Source: Raillietiella orientalis | Lineage: Eukaryota | NCBI GenBank assembly: GCA_036172245.1 | Contig: JAYWIR010000058.1 | Coordinates: 1 to 64,000, forward strand | Direction of reading: 5' to 3' | Length of the DNA: 64,000 nt | Part shown: one piece after another, positions 50,778-64,000 of the stretch | Numbering within the stretch: the first letter of the stretch is position 1 | Layout: each line of letters begins with the position of its first letter | The notes under the pieces: generated by a model | What the model saw: only the letters and a program-made list of their open reading frames with translations | What the model was told of the DNA's origin: nothing | Database searches by the model: none | Made by a program: the position numbers and the translations under genes

Positions 50778-52669
50778 GGATGATTACACCGGCCCTGTCA
50801 GCCAGCAAAAACGACAGTGGTAATTAGAAAATATCTGCTTTATTTGTACGAGATCGTCTGAACGATGCAGTTTGGTACGATGAGCACGCGGTTTCAGGAT
50901 TCGAAACTTCCAAGTCGGCAGCTGCGAGACTTTTTCTTTCTTTCCTATCCTCTTGAGGAATTTTGTTTGCACTCGTCCGTAGATCGGTTTCTGTTGCGGT
51001 GCATTTACGGCGAAGAAACCTCAGGCCAAACTCCTGCGTGATCGGTAAGAAATGCAAAAGAGTGTTGGGTCGCCTGAAGACATTCTTGATCGTTGCGAAA
51101 CCTCACTCCAGTGATTGTTTCTCTCAGGGATTGCAGTGCGAAGGCATTAGGAATCTCGACGCACCTTTCTTCCGTTTCAAAAGGATGTGCCGTGAATCCT
51201 TCACCCTGAAACGGAGAAAGCGCGGGATCGAAAGCGAAGCCCCCTAAGATACCTTGGCGACATGGAGAACCAGGTGACTGCCCTTCACTCGCAGAGGGAG
51301 TCGAACTCGTTGAATGTCGATTTCCCATTTGATCTCGTGTCTTTCCTCCGTTGGAGACTTATGCAAGCCCAGGATCCTCCTAGAAGTGAATGGTCTCACT
51401 AATTTGTGTTACCCAAGCGAATAGAAAGATCGGTAAAAGCAGTGTTATCTTCAGTGTTACACCCTACACGAGAAAAAAAAGATTCGAGGCACAATCAGAG
51501 GTCATCTGCTCTCGTTCAGTGGTCAACTGATCGCATGTGCGCCAACTTACGAATTGTACACTCTTTGCTCTCTATGCGCATCCAAAGAAAGTGCAGCACA
51601 GAAGTAACGTTCTTACTTATTTGAAACAAGAAGCACGTTGGACTCGCAGGAAGAATCCAGGAAAACATGATCGATGTACTCTTCTTTGCCTGCATGTTTA
51701 GCTGGGCTAGAATTCCTCAACAAAGCTTGGCCATAGGCTCCGTTGACGCAATAAGGCTGCATTCCCTTAAATACAGACATTTTCAGAGTCGGTTCGTGGC
51801 CGAGTGATCGATTTTGAGTGCGCTCGTCACCCTTTTGCAAACTCCCTTATCCAGCTGTGTTTGATCGCATTTGCAATGTGAACAACCGTGCCTCGAGTGT
51901 GCACAGCTTCTCTCAGCATTGGAAAACTCAAAATGTATGGCAGCTTGAAACGTGATATAATGTGTTCATGCCCTCGCCCATTCTGTAGAACGCAGTTTTT
52001 GGATGCTCTGTCCAACTAGTGCAGCAAGAACAATTGCAGAGCAGGAAAGACAGGTGAAAATCCTGCGATGCAGGGACTGGAGGCTGCCGTGTGCTTTCAA
52101 GCTGCAACACAGCCAAACCGACGACGCGTTGTACCTGTCTGCCGCTTTGCATTTTTCAAGCCATTTCTGAGGTACCCCCTGTGCTTCGCTGATGAAGAAG
52201 ATAAAGAAACGCTCGTCATGCTGAGAAGGGGAGAAACATGCAGGCAACACACTTTAATCCGCGTCAACTGATACTTTTTGCAACTGCGTGCGTGTGGCCT
52301 CCGTTGGCACCGATGTCTTCTGCTCGCGTCTAGCATTTTGATCTGGCTCACGAGGGTGCGCACGAGCTAATAGACCAAATAAATGAATGGAAACAGCGAC
52401 AGCACATGCAAAACAATATTGTAGACTAATAATCATCAAGAAGGAATCAAACATAATCTGCATACACTCACACACACACGCACAAAAGAGGAGCAAGGAA
52501 TAATGCACGGAATGTCTCATAGGGAAGAGAACAAGAGTGCTGAAATGGCAAGACCAAACTTCATTTTGGAAATTCATCTGCGCGCCAGATGAACACATTT
52601 CCATCGGGTTTTGACCTCCAATGCAGCGGCAGGTGGTCCATAGCAAAAACCTGCGTGGCAGAGGAGCGC

Positions 52670-55600
52670 TGCTACCTTACCCGATACAAGTTGACGACTC
52701 TGGGAAGGCGCGTTCTCAAGCAGAGGGATTCTCGGAACTCTGGATTTCTGTTTTCAAATACATGAGGGAGAGTCAGGATCGGAAGCGATTCCAATACCTC
52801 CTGATGGCAAGCGTCAGCATGATTTCGGAGTCCACGGAGCTCATCTCAGGAGGCAGTATTTCCAATAGTTGCTTGGCGTAGCCTCGAGAAAAGATTTCCG
52901 CTCTGTCCATCCGCGCGTCTTGTGGGCGAAACAACATACGAGTGATAACAGAAGGGAAAAAGAAGATTGACCTCGCTTTTCATGTCATGCAATGATGCAA
53001 TTTTTGTTCATGCAGACGCGTGTGGATCGTCAACTCACCCAGCATTACTCCGTGGAAAGTGAAATGCCGGTCATCGTAGGCTTGGAAAGATTCACCGCGA
53101 TCATCGGAATGATCCAACGCCTTCTAAGATACGGAAAAGTGAGTTTCCCAAAATGTGATCCACATCTCAAATGCAAGCACAGCAGGAACCGGGGCACTCT
53201 CTGTCAGCAAGCGCTCAGTCGGTTCGGTCATTCTTTTTAGGAATTTCCATTCAAGGTGAATGGAAACTCGCCTCCGTTGCATTTAGTTCACTCAAACAAT
53301 CATCTCCTGTAAACAGTGTTGAAAACCTGGCTATCCTGTTTGTATGTTTTGCTGTAAGCGTCGTCCTCCACCGTATTCTCTGCAAGCGCTTCCTCCATCT
53401 CTTTCGTTCTCATCAGCAGCTTCTTGTGGGGAAGAGGTTTCTGGTTTGGCGAAACAACAATCAACCATTTTGACAAGCATCACTATTATTAGGCGCTCAT
53501 AAGGATGACCCAAGTTTTAGGAAATCGCAATGCCTTATCCTTGGTATTTTCTTTTCCCTGCCGTTTTTCCTCGTGAACCAGAGGAGCTGGCAGCGGAGCG
53601 GTCCCATACGAAACGGGGCGGCTCCAGAAACGGAACGCACGCAGTCCGCGAAACCTTGACTCCTGGCTGAGAGACCCTGGAGCTCATTGGACTCGTGGGT
53701 TTCTGGCCTGCTCCGTTGGCGCACAAGTGATCGCTGATTTTTTCCTTGATTCCCAAGGAAGCTGACAGATCTCCAGAAAAATTCTGCTACCCATTATGGG
53801 GTATAAATAGCAGTATTCTTCCGACCCATTTTGCGGTTCGAGACCGTTCCCGAGTCTTCACGAATTCTCGGATTTTCACCGATCCACGTCTTTCGTGGCA
53901 TTCCTGGGTGGGCTTGGAGGACACAGCGGCAGGCGGAATCCATGCTCTGTGCATGGGAACTTACTCTCATCTCGCTAATAGTCGTCTTTATCTCTCAGAA
54001 TTCAGGGTCAGAAGGTTGCACGTCTCTACGAGCGTTTAGATTTATCTCGTTTTCACGTCAGCTATCTGCGAATGGACAGAAAGCTCTGTTCGCATGCAGA
54101 GATGAACGCGGCGCTACGGGAGGCTGGGCTTCTCTCGTTAGGTTCACCCAGCCATCTCTTCCTAATTGCATCATTTCCCAAACGGAAAGCGATCGGGCTT
54201 GAGGAATCCGCGAATGGCTGCTGGACTGCAGCATTTTCGAACTGCGCAGTGCATTCAGTGGCTCGATTTTCCATATGTTGCGACAATGAGAACCCTCCTT
54301 ACCTTACATCGCGACAAGTCCCGGTTTTTCCCGAGGGACAGCAGAAGGAATTGTCTCCGAAAGTCTTTCATGTAATGATCGTAAACTCTCCAGAGTAGTT
54401 CCTTCAGGAGCACTTGCTGGAAATTAATCTCGAAAGGTTCGAATCTGAACGAAAGTGGTCGATGTGCAGAATGATGATGAAAGTGGAGAGAACTCACTGG
54501 AACACGCCGCTTTTAACTTCCACGACTTTGAAGGCCTCTGACTTTGGCAAGCGCTTCGAAGAAGGGGTTTTCCTGTGCAGGAGCAGCCGTTGGAAAACAG
54601 AGCTTCCGCAGTCGGCTGACGTGAGCTTCCAGTTCATGCCCTCCAGGCGCAGGTGGTGAATTTGGACCGATGGGTCCTAGGGAGCAGATGAAAGGAATCT
54701 AAGGAGCTGCAGAGCCCCCTGCTTTAAATGCCTGAACCACTCGCTTGAGAGAAAGTCCGTGTGCAGCCGGTGCGGCTTTCGACTGATCTGACTGGGAGTC
54801 GTCCTTAGTTGGTGAACGGGAGCGCGCCTGTTTTCGCTCGCGTCATCCGCCCCTGTGTCTGAACTACCTGCTTTTGCCCCCATCTCCCTTTTCCCATGGG
54901 ACCTCCGTTCAGAATCACTTGATCGCACCAGCTCATCTCAACACCACAGCCTCCCCTATTGGACCGTTTACGCCAGCGCTAAGCAGCTGCGCCACGTTGA
55001 GACGGAAAGGCTGCTCGTCGATGGGATGAAGGGTGTCCACTTCACAGGAATGAGCGTCTTGCGCCAACGAAGAGGCTTCCGTCAGAAAGAATGAAGAAAA
55101 TCATCAAAGGATGAGCTCGAGGCACAGGTGAACACTCTTTTGCGCGAACGATTACGTTGAGGAGAATTGTATTTTCCGTACAGTACATGTTTGCGAATAT
55201 ATCGGCTGCTTTTAAAGCGGAGTTGCTTCATTGCCTCATATGGTACTACCTCTCTTTAGCAAAAGCATCCCATACTATACTTTTCTTCTCATTATGGGAT
55301 ATTTTCCCCAAGAGAGAACTGAGCTCGGTGACGTCAGAAGGGAGGAGGGCTCAGAGGCCTCCCTGAAGGTCGGCACTCGGGAACTGCGCACCGTCCATCC
55401 GAACAGTGATCGCGGGAGTCGACGAGCAACTCCCTGATGTTTGTAAGACTTTCTGCCGCAGCCTAAGCCACATCTTCCCTCTTCCCCCCCACACGCACAT
55501 ACTCGAAAAAACAAACAAAACATCGTACAAGAGTGCTGCCGCTTCGCTTCCTGGAGGTCGGGGAGAAGAGCTGCTTACCGTGGAGCGGTACAGCATCCTC

Positions 55601-58600
55601 GGAAAGGAAGGTCCGTCTGGCAAGGTCTTTGGTGCCCTGGAATTTCTCTTCAGCTGTGCGAGTTGGCAAAGGAGGCGTTCCAGGAAGTCACCGTCAAGTT
55701 TTACGTGCAAATTTTGCAACTCCGCTTCCAGATTACTAGGGAAAGAAAGGGGAACAAACAGACAAACGTGCATGCAGCAATAGAGCTGTCAGGGGCTCCC
55801 TCAGAACCAAGGAACGAAGTTTTCTTGCAGTGGAGTGCAGACGTTACGCGAAGCTTGCATCCCTCCATCTACACTCTGCGGTGCGCAAACGGTTCTGGTG
55901 CACCCTCATGCCGCTAGGGAAACGCAAGACTATCAGCATCACCAGGGATGCGCTCCTCGAAGACAGCCGGATGCTTCCAGTTGCGTGGAGGGGATGTTTG
56001 CAAGGGCCTTCGAACTTGCGATGCACCAAAGGCGGTGGTGTATCTCATCGACATGGCTCATTGAGCAATTGTCTCGGCTCCTGATGACGCACAGGTCACT
56101 GGGATATCCATGCCCTATTCACGCGTAGGTGTGCCAGCTGGATTTCGTACATGCTGCTTCGTAGATTTCGTACATTCATTTCTGACGGTTTTTTTTCGCG
56201 TCCAGCAGGGCACGTCAGAGTCTCCTCTTGACAGAATGCAGTGCTCCTTTTACGGGGCAGTCAAGATCCTTGGTCCCGGCAGTCCTTCTAACCGATATGT
56301 AAGGTTGAAAAGTAAGAAGGTCGTGGAGCACTGGAACGGTCAGGGAGGAAGCAGCAGGCTTCTAATGATTTGAAGACCTCGAGACGCTGAATGGAAGGTT
56401 GATGCTGCTGAGCGAACGCGAGGCAAACCTTCCCTCCAGCTTCCGCAAGGGATAGGGGAGCACGAGACCACCAATTCGTAAGAGATCACGGGGAAGGGAC
56501 AAAGGTAACGTCTCCTTTCACGCGAGACGCTCTCGAAGGTTGATGCAGAGACTTACTGCACGGTCTTCCTGGATCCCAAGCTTCTTTTCGCTAGGAAAGC
56601 AAACTCGCAGAATGGTCCCTGAGAGGCTGGACAGCACACGCAGATGTTTGAGAAGAGAGCCTCTGGATCGGGATCGTCCACCTGAAATGTGAAGAAGGTA
56701 CCCCGCTCAGATTTGAAAGTCACCTCCGCTGGCTTACAGCGGCGTTCCAATGATAAGTTTCAGAGGAAAGCCAAAACAACAGGGGGGAAGAGGAATGAGA
56801 TGGATGAGGATGGTAGTGACCCATCCTTGGCGGATGAGGCGGAGGAGAGAATGAAGATGTGAGACCTGAAATTGCTGGATGCGGACGTGGCAAAGCTGGG
56901 TCCACAGGGCACGAGTCAGTGAGGCGTAAAACGCAGGCGGGCGCACGCGTCGCAAGGAGGCAAAGAACGGTTTCAGCAGATGCATCCGGAAGAAGTCGCA
57001 CTGAAGATGGGAGTCCATGGCGGTCTTTTTGTGTCTGTTGGCCCACTGGAAATCCAGGATGGTACATATTTCGGTAGGCAAAACTTTCCATCCACGCTCC
57101 AGTTCGATTTCCCAAAGCGCGGGGCTTTCTGGGAAGCTGCAGTGCATGAGTTCCCGTCTGTCCTCCGAGACAAAGGACAGGCCGATGGAACGCAAGGACA
57201 GGACGCATCTGGAGACGATCTTCTGATCCTCCGCCAGCTCGCGAAAGTAGCTCGCCTCTTGGGACGACTCGGTGAACACGGCCGTCCTTTGCAAGTTGTC
57301 TGCGAAGCACACCCAGTAGACGGTGACCTGTCTGGGGGCTTCTGCCTGCTCGAGGAAGCAGGAGGCTGGCCTGGTACCCCCCGTTTCTCCTTACCGGCTG
57401 AGAGCGCTTACGTGATCCAGAAACAGAAGATACTGTCCTGAAGAAGGGCTTTTCGCATCTTTCTGCATGAGGGCGCTCATCGAAGGTAATGGTTTCTTGT
57501 CCCGAAGAATCCTGGAATGGAGAGAATCGGATCAGCGATTCATGGAAGCCGGGCTCGCTTGTTCTTGGAGAGGCATGGACGCCGAAGGCGGCTTCCGTAC
57601 CATGAGCGGCAGAGAGCTTCCCACCAACAGTCCGATGCGCCAGCCATAAAGTAGGCTCTTTTTCTTCTTCCCCCCATTTTGTTTTCAACCTTTCCCGTCG
57701 GCAGCGCTCCAAGAAGACGTCGGAGCGTTGCCAACTACTTGTTCGATCTGCAGGCAACGTGTTGTTGCCGCAGATCGGGAGCCGTTCACGATAGTCGCCA
57801 TCCCCTAGGGAAGCTGTGCCGGTCGGCTGTCTCACGCAGAGGATCTGGTCTTCCAAGGTCCTCCGTGCGAGAGCAGCACGGAGAGAGAGTGGGAAGAGAG
57901 GGACTATTACGTTTTCGACAGGCAGGGGAAACGGACGCAGTGAGCTCTCCGGTAGCCTCCAGGAAAATCCCTTGCTGCTCTGCGAGGAGTCTGAATATAG
58001 GAAATACTCCCGTGGTTTCAGGGTTGCCAGCTGGAAAAATCGAAAAAAAAAAAGACATTCTCAGTTGTATCTGGAGGGAAGTTTGCGGGAGGAGGTCATC
58101 TGCACTGTTAAGCGCGGGCTGAATCAATCACATTCCTTCCCACTCTACCGCGAGTCTCTCTACTTGTCCCGTTCGCCAAGAGTGATTGCGCTTCCCGCAA
58201 GTACTGGAGAGTGTAGACTGACCGATTGCTCTTAGCGCTCGCGAACGGCCCTCACTGGCGGTAGGGAGTCTGCGTCTGCTGCGCGCGCCACCGAGCATTG
58301 CGGGTTCGAATCCCCACGTGGAGGATCGGCCCCGAGGCTGGGTGCCTCGTGGGTTTCGAGCCCACCTCGCAAATCTCTGATCGACCCTCAGGCTTCGGGT
58401 GCGGCATTGGTGGAAATTGGACGACCCCGTTGACCGGCCGGGACTGGAAGTTGACGTTCCGGGTCCTTCCAGAATTCAAGGAATTAAGGCTATTCTCTAA
58501 TTCTGCAAATGAAAAGGACCTCCCTTCTCGAGGGCACCCTCCATGGAGTTGGTCTACCACCCTCGGAGAGTTCTTCTCCAGAGTGCCAGAAGAGCGCCGC

Positions 58601-61600
58601 TCCCTTCAGGGCGCCCTTCAGAGAAATTCGGAAGCGTCCTTCTGAGAATCTCATCAGAAAGGGAAAGGGAGCAGTTCCCTTGCGGATTCCCTCGGGGGAA
58701 GAAATGGGGGGAAGATCCTTCCCGAGGGGCCTCTCCGGAGAGAATATGGAAGAGGATCCCTTTGAGGCTCCCTCGCAAGGGTAAGAGGAATGGACTCCTT
58801 CCCCTGGAGCCTTCCTAAATTCACAGGGTGGTCCCTTCGGGTAACCTAGCTACACACATCCTCGGGGACGTTGACGCTGTTCAAAGAGCCCTGTGAGCAT
58901 CCCCATTTGGTGGCATCGTCGAGCTGAGTCCACAGGGCACAAGGAGGTTAAAGGCGGTCCCTAAGGCTTCGGGACTTCTTAAGAATCAAAAAAGAAATCC
59001 GAAAAAAGAAAACCTGGAAGGATGGGGAATGAGGGAAACAAGCGAAAGGAGGGTGGCGGAGGATGAGGAGAGGACCCTGAGATCTCTCCTGTCATTCGAT
59101 ACCAACGACACTGATGAGAGTCTTGAAGTCGAGAGGGAGCGAGCACAGAGAAGCGAGCGACGGCACGGGTCCGGAACGCAGCCTGTGGCTCAGGTCGCGA
59201 GCACCGCTCCCTCTTTCCGGAAGCGACAGCTTTGGAAATCACTCCGTATTTTCTCAGAGCGCCCCCCTGCGACAGCTGGCGGAAGCTCGGGGAAGAAGGG
59301 GGGAGGAGGAGGAGGAGGAGGAGGAGGAGAGGGGGGCAGGGAAGAATCTCTCTATAGCCAGGGGGCTTAAGGTTCCGCTCACGAGAAGGATGAAAGCGAG
59401 AACCTCAGGTGTCCGCGTCGCGGCGGACGGATGCCACAGTTGCCTCCTCCCCACTCTCCGGGATTACGGCAACGGAAGTCGGAAGGCTACCCTCACTGGG
59501 AAGGAGGAGTAGTTGCCTCCCACCCACAAAGCTACGGTCGGGATCCTCCGCCTCACCCTTGACGAGCAGCGCGGGGAAGTTAGCGAGAGGAATGCGTTGG
59601 GGTCGGTGGGGTCCACCTGTTCTCCTTCCCGGGACAGGATAACGAGGGTCGTGGCGCTACACAGGTTGACCACGGACACGTGGGCGTCGCGCGCTCGGTA
59701 CTTCCTCAGCACGATCCTCTTCCTGTCTCCGAGGTCCTTCGTCTCCACGACGACGGCCACCTAGAAGGTAAGGAAAGGAGGGGAGCAGCTGGTTTCGCCC
59801 AGCGATCCGATGAGGTCGGAACGTGCCTCCGGGGAGAGCTTGACCACCGCTGTCCCAGGCCACCCCGCGCGGAGGTACTCCGAGCCAGACTTCCTGCTGT
59901 TCATCCGGAGGCGCAGGCACGGCTGGTCGGCTGCCGGGCAAAGTGGAACGACCTTGAGGGGGAAGTGGCGAGGGCTACATGGTGGAGGCTGCGCCGCTGA
60001 CCTGGGAGGGGGCGAGCGGCAACCAGGAGGAATCGCCCCCCTTCTCCATGGCGCACAGGTGGAAGGGAGTTCGGTTCTCCAGCTCGTAGGGGGCGAAGAA
60101 GGTCAGCGCCGTCCTGCTGGAGGCACCGCCGCCTTCCCCGAGGCGCTGCACCCTAGCAGCCAGGAGGAACCCGTCACCTCCCTTCCGTGGCACCGTGAAC
60201 GATGCCGGCGGGTCCCGAACGGAGAACGCCTCCGACCACCCGGAGTCCCTCATCCTCACCCGCACCCTGGTGCCGTGAGTGCTCTTGAAATCAAAAAGGA
60301 CGGGACCCTCGTCGCTCGGGACGTCGCAGGGCGCGCTCGACCGAGCCTCCTGGTACGAAAAGAGGTAGAGGGAGGAGGGAGGGAAGAAGAGGTCACCGCT
60401 CACTAACCTTCACCTGGAGAAACTTCCCCGTGCTGTTCCCGATCCAGAACCGGGATGCAATCCGCAGAAGGGGGATGGGCCGGATGTCCATAGCAAGGCT
60501 CAGAGGGAGCTCCTGCCTCCTATTGGAGATTGCGGTGAGCCTCCTGTAGGAAACGCGCCCCAGGGGGATCAGAGCCCTGCCCGACCAGTCCTGCGACAGG
60601 TACGACAGCACCTGGATGGGCATGAAGCGCGGCTGCCCGTGCCCGCCCCTCCTCACCTGGACGACGACCTCGGTGCTGGGGGCCAGCTCGAAGAAAGGGA
60701 GTCCCTCGCTGCTCCCAGGGACCAGAGTCACCTCCAGCCCTTGCTCTGGGAGCTCCAGCCGGATGCAGTAAGGCAGCTCGTTCTGGACCGTCAGGAAAGG
60801 GTGCAGATGCAGCTTAACGACAGCCTCAGGGCAGGTCCAGAGGGCTTCTCGATCCCGGACGACCTGCATGGAAGCAGAGTGCCCTCTGGGGATGCACCCC
60901 TTCCAATCGAGGCATACATGGAAAGTTGCTGCCCGTGGGAGGCCGTCTGGATTGCCGGTGTAGGGCGGGGGCGTCTGCAGGAACAGCATCGCCTCAGGGG
61001 GTTCTCCGAGGACCCAGTGCACTGTGCACTCGGAGGCAGAGGAAAGCGGCGGTGGGCCCCCAAGGACGGGGGGGGCGCTCTGTAGTGCTACGCAACTGGC
61101 GTGGTGGGCAAAAAAGGGCAATGAGGCGCCCTGTCCAGGCTCCACCTCAACCACGATGGCAGTGCGGTGGTCCGGAGCCCTCGCTGCCTCCTCCCCCACG
61201 TTCCGGGACTGCGGCGATGGGGGCCAGCAGGCGACCCTCACGGGGAAGGGGAGGTGGCTGTGCACCTGCAAATTCCTAGCTGGCGGCAACGGCTGCGATG
61301 CGGAACTACGAGCCAACCTCCACCAGGGAGATGAAGCGCAGCGCCACCACGCCGCAGTCTTCCGTGTAGACTTCCAAAAGCATCCGGCAGGCGGTGCCGT
61401 CCGAGGAGCTCCTTGCCTCCAGGATGAGCGCTCCCCTCCGTGCCGGGCCGGCGAAGCGCACGGGGTGGAACCCTTGGGAGGAGAGGCAGGCGTTTCGCCC
61501 TGCCCGCGAGCGCGCGCTGCCCATGGCAACCTTCCACTTGCAGGCGGATCTCCAGGACAAGGGGGTTCTGGGCTGGCGGGGTGGCAGCGGCGGGAAGCTG

Positions 61601-63952
61601 GCTGGTGAAGGAAAGAAAGGAAAGCGAAAAGTCCTCATTGCTCTAGTCAACTCCCCAACTCCCTGCCTCCTGTTCCGAGGGGCCTCGATGACCTGCCCGA
61701 TGGCGAGAACTGTCACCCCTATCCGCGGCTCATCAAAAGCATGAGGCACGGCCAGGGTAGTCACGGCCTTACCGCCTAGCCAGGGCTCACGAGGCGCACG
61801 AGTAGAGAAAGATGGAGTCATCCTCTCGCTTTCTCTCTCGCCCTCGCAGAGCAGGGGGACAAGGGTCACAAGGGCTTACCTCCAGGGGAAGTCGGCGTCC
61901 AGCTCGGCCTCCCCATCCCTGGGCACTGCCGCCAACGCATCGAGGATCAGTCGTCCCTGGGGGTCACCCTGCGAGAAATGGGTCTGTGTGGGGAGGGAGA
62001 GAGCAACGGCCGTCCCACCTGAAGGGAGAAGCGGACCTGTGCCTCCAGGTTCACCCCGAGGGCGTTCCTCAGGACCACGTTCCTGCGCGGCGCGAGGGGC
62101 AGGAGGCCCTCTGGGAGCAGCACCGACTCCGCAAGCCACCGCAGCCGCCTCAGGGTGTCCGTCGTCAGCGTTACCTCCAAGGGGTCGCGGCTCTCGAGAA
62201 GCAGCTTTTGAACCCTCTTCCGACGTTCCTCGTGGCTTGGGCCGGAAGCTCCCTCGTTGGGACCCTCCCCCTCTCCGTTCCAGGAGGCAGCGGAGGCGGA
62301 AGAGGAGGAGGAGCGGAGCGAGCCTGATCTCCTCCCATCGGATTCGGAACTCTCCCACGGGCGGCTCCGGAGCGCTTCCCTAGGGAGCACCCGTGAGGAA
62401 GGTCGCGTGTCTCCCTTGACCATCTCGGACTCCTCACCTTTCCAGGAGCCCGGAGAGCGTCCGGGTGATGCTGGGGAGGGCAGCCGCCGACCGACAGGGT
62501 TCCTCACCAGGACCTACAAACGCAGGGAGATATAGAGGAGAGAAAGAGCCCGGTGATCTCTTAGTGGGGGTCCGCTTGCCCTTCCCGTTCTTCCATCTCC
62601 GTTCCCTCGGTGGGTGAAGAAGCGCAGAAAGAGGGACACCGGATGACCTTGGAAGATTCGGGATCGCCTCCTTCTCCCTCCTTGGAACCTCGGAGGGGAC
62701 CGGGGGCTGGGAAGAGGAGATGAGAATTCTGGCCATTGCCCTCGGGCTCTCCTGTCGAGGAAGGAGAAGAGGGAGCCACGAGGTTTCGACGTCCTGGTTG
62801 CCGCGCGACGCGACGACCGTCGCCACCCCTTTTTTTCGCGGGAGCATGAGGCGAATCTGCTCTCGCCTACCCCGTTCCGCCGCCCGTGGACCCAGGACTT
62901 CTCTGTACCTCGGACCTTCCTTCTCCCGTCCTTCATCCTTGCGTCCCGGGCACCGCTGGAGCCGTCGCTGTCGTCCTCCGCTGCTACTCTGCCGGCACCG
63001 CTGCTGCTTCCGTCTCCGCTGCTGCTAGTGGTGCAGGCGCCTCTTCGAGGCCGCCGGCAGCGTCCGCAGGTCTCCGGGACGGCAACTAGTGACAGTCTTC
63101 CGGAGTTCTGCGGCTCATAGCTGCAGGGCACGGACTTCCGCTGCCAAGGGGAACCATATAGGACAAAGGTCAGTGAGCCTGACCTCCTCACCTGGACGTA
63201 AAGCCTCCATGGCCTCCTGCAGCCAGAGGACTCGGAGACCGCCTCGAGAAGGGGCTCCCAGGAGCAGGTCAGGCAGTTCCAGGCGTGCACGGTGCACCTC
63301 CAGCACCCTGAAAAGGGGATGACGGGCCGTGGAGTGGTCAAGATGGCGCGCGCCGCACCCGTCTCCACGTCCGTGTCAGCGGAGCCACCGAAGTCGAATT
63401 CACCGTTCAGCACCACTGCCGGCACCCGCCGGCCGTCCCCCAGGGCGCTGTGCAGGGAGACCACCAGCAGTGGCACGCGTATCCTCCCGATCCTGATCGC
63501 CAGAGGCGCTACTGCTGCCGCCGCCTCTCCTGGAAGAGACGCACCCGTTCTCGGTCTAAGGATCCCCTCGGTTCTCACCCCTTTCCATCAATGCATCGAA
63601 CCGGGAGCGCCCCGGCAACCTCAAGGGGCATCCAGGGGCCCTCGATTCTTCTTCCTTGACCAGGTGGCGAGCCCGCAGCTTCTTCCTCTGCCCGAGCATC
63701 CAGCGGGCCGTCTGGAAAGAGCAGTGTGACACACTGCACACCTGAATCACCCCCAGAGAGGGCGGAGGAGAGGCCACATTCCTTTGTCCTCCCCGCCCCT
63801 TGTCTGGGATCTTGTCCATTGTGTACCTGGAGGGCAGACCTCATGTGATGAGTCAATAGCTCTACCCTGATCTCGGTGAAGTCGCTGAAGAGGTTCCACG
63901 ATGTGCAACCCTCCTCCAGCTTCCACTTCGAATGGATCTCGAAGGGGTGCAC
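52670..63952 (-). CDS. VPS13: Divergent VPS13A/C-like lipid transfer protein, C-terminal portion (5' part outside the window)
   Basis: Collinear minus-strand motifs: WNCLTCSWEPLLEAV...PWRL (~63250); LEVTLTTDTL...VVLRNALG (~62150); VAB/SHR-BD-type LHPFLTVQNELPYCI, RFWIGNSTG, WSEAFSV...TFFAPYELENRT (61300-60000); DNLQRTAVFT...LSLRSIGLSFV...WEIE...WK (57300-56860); QVDDPDPEALF (56680); FEPFE...HYMKDFRRQFLLLSLG (54440-54330); LGHPY..FAKP (53510); RTRLPRVV (~52700). Confidence 0.82.
59302..59328 (+). repeat. (GGA)9 microsatellite
   Basis: Direct reading; lies in a VPS13 intron. Confidence 0.9.
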
Positions 63953-64000
63953 TAGCTGGAAGGGGGAGGGATGGTGGAAGGAAGGGAGTGGCCTGCCCTA

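Noticed and set aside
58295..58430. tRNA or SINE (GGTTCGAATCCC; GTGGG-CTCGAAA-CCCAC on minus)
   Set aside because: No full cloverleaf; acceptor and D arms do not pair and A-box spacing is poor.
57600..64000. Many long overlapping ORFs on both strands
   Set aside because: Explained by high GC and by shadow frames of VPS13 exons.

Overview
Eukaryotic (metazoan, probably invertebrate) genomic DNA with compact 40-65 nt GT-AG introns. (1) 1-21315 is a head-to-tail tandem array of ~8.47 kb units: one partial and two complete, best register 4374-12842 and 12843-21315. Each complete unit carries a minus-strand spliced gene for a divergent, apparently truncated cyclase-associated protein (CAP/Srv2). 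It has the RLE coiled-coil motif, the helical folded domain and a proline run, but no recognisable WH2/CARP half, and it probably has a long K/E/S-rich N-terminal extension. Each unit also carries a heavily decayed L1/Tx1-like LINE on +. The array breakpoint appears to lie inside LINE 3'-end remnants. (2) 21.3-26.5 kb holds retroelement debris and a candidate small spliced gene. (3) The AT-rich block at ~27-42 kb holds mitochondrial arginyl-tRNA synthetase (RARS2, +) with a decayed exon duplicate in an intron, an unknown minus-strand gene (long low-complexity region plus C-terminal coiled coil) and decayed coding remnants. (4) A PLD3-like gene lies on + at ~43.5-49.5 kb. (5) A divergent VPS13A/C-like gene runs on - from beyond the right edge to ~52.7 kb; its 5' part is GC-rich and its 3' exons look disrupted. 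All family assignments are by manual translation and motif recall; no searches were run.
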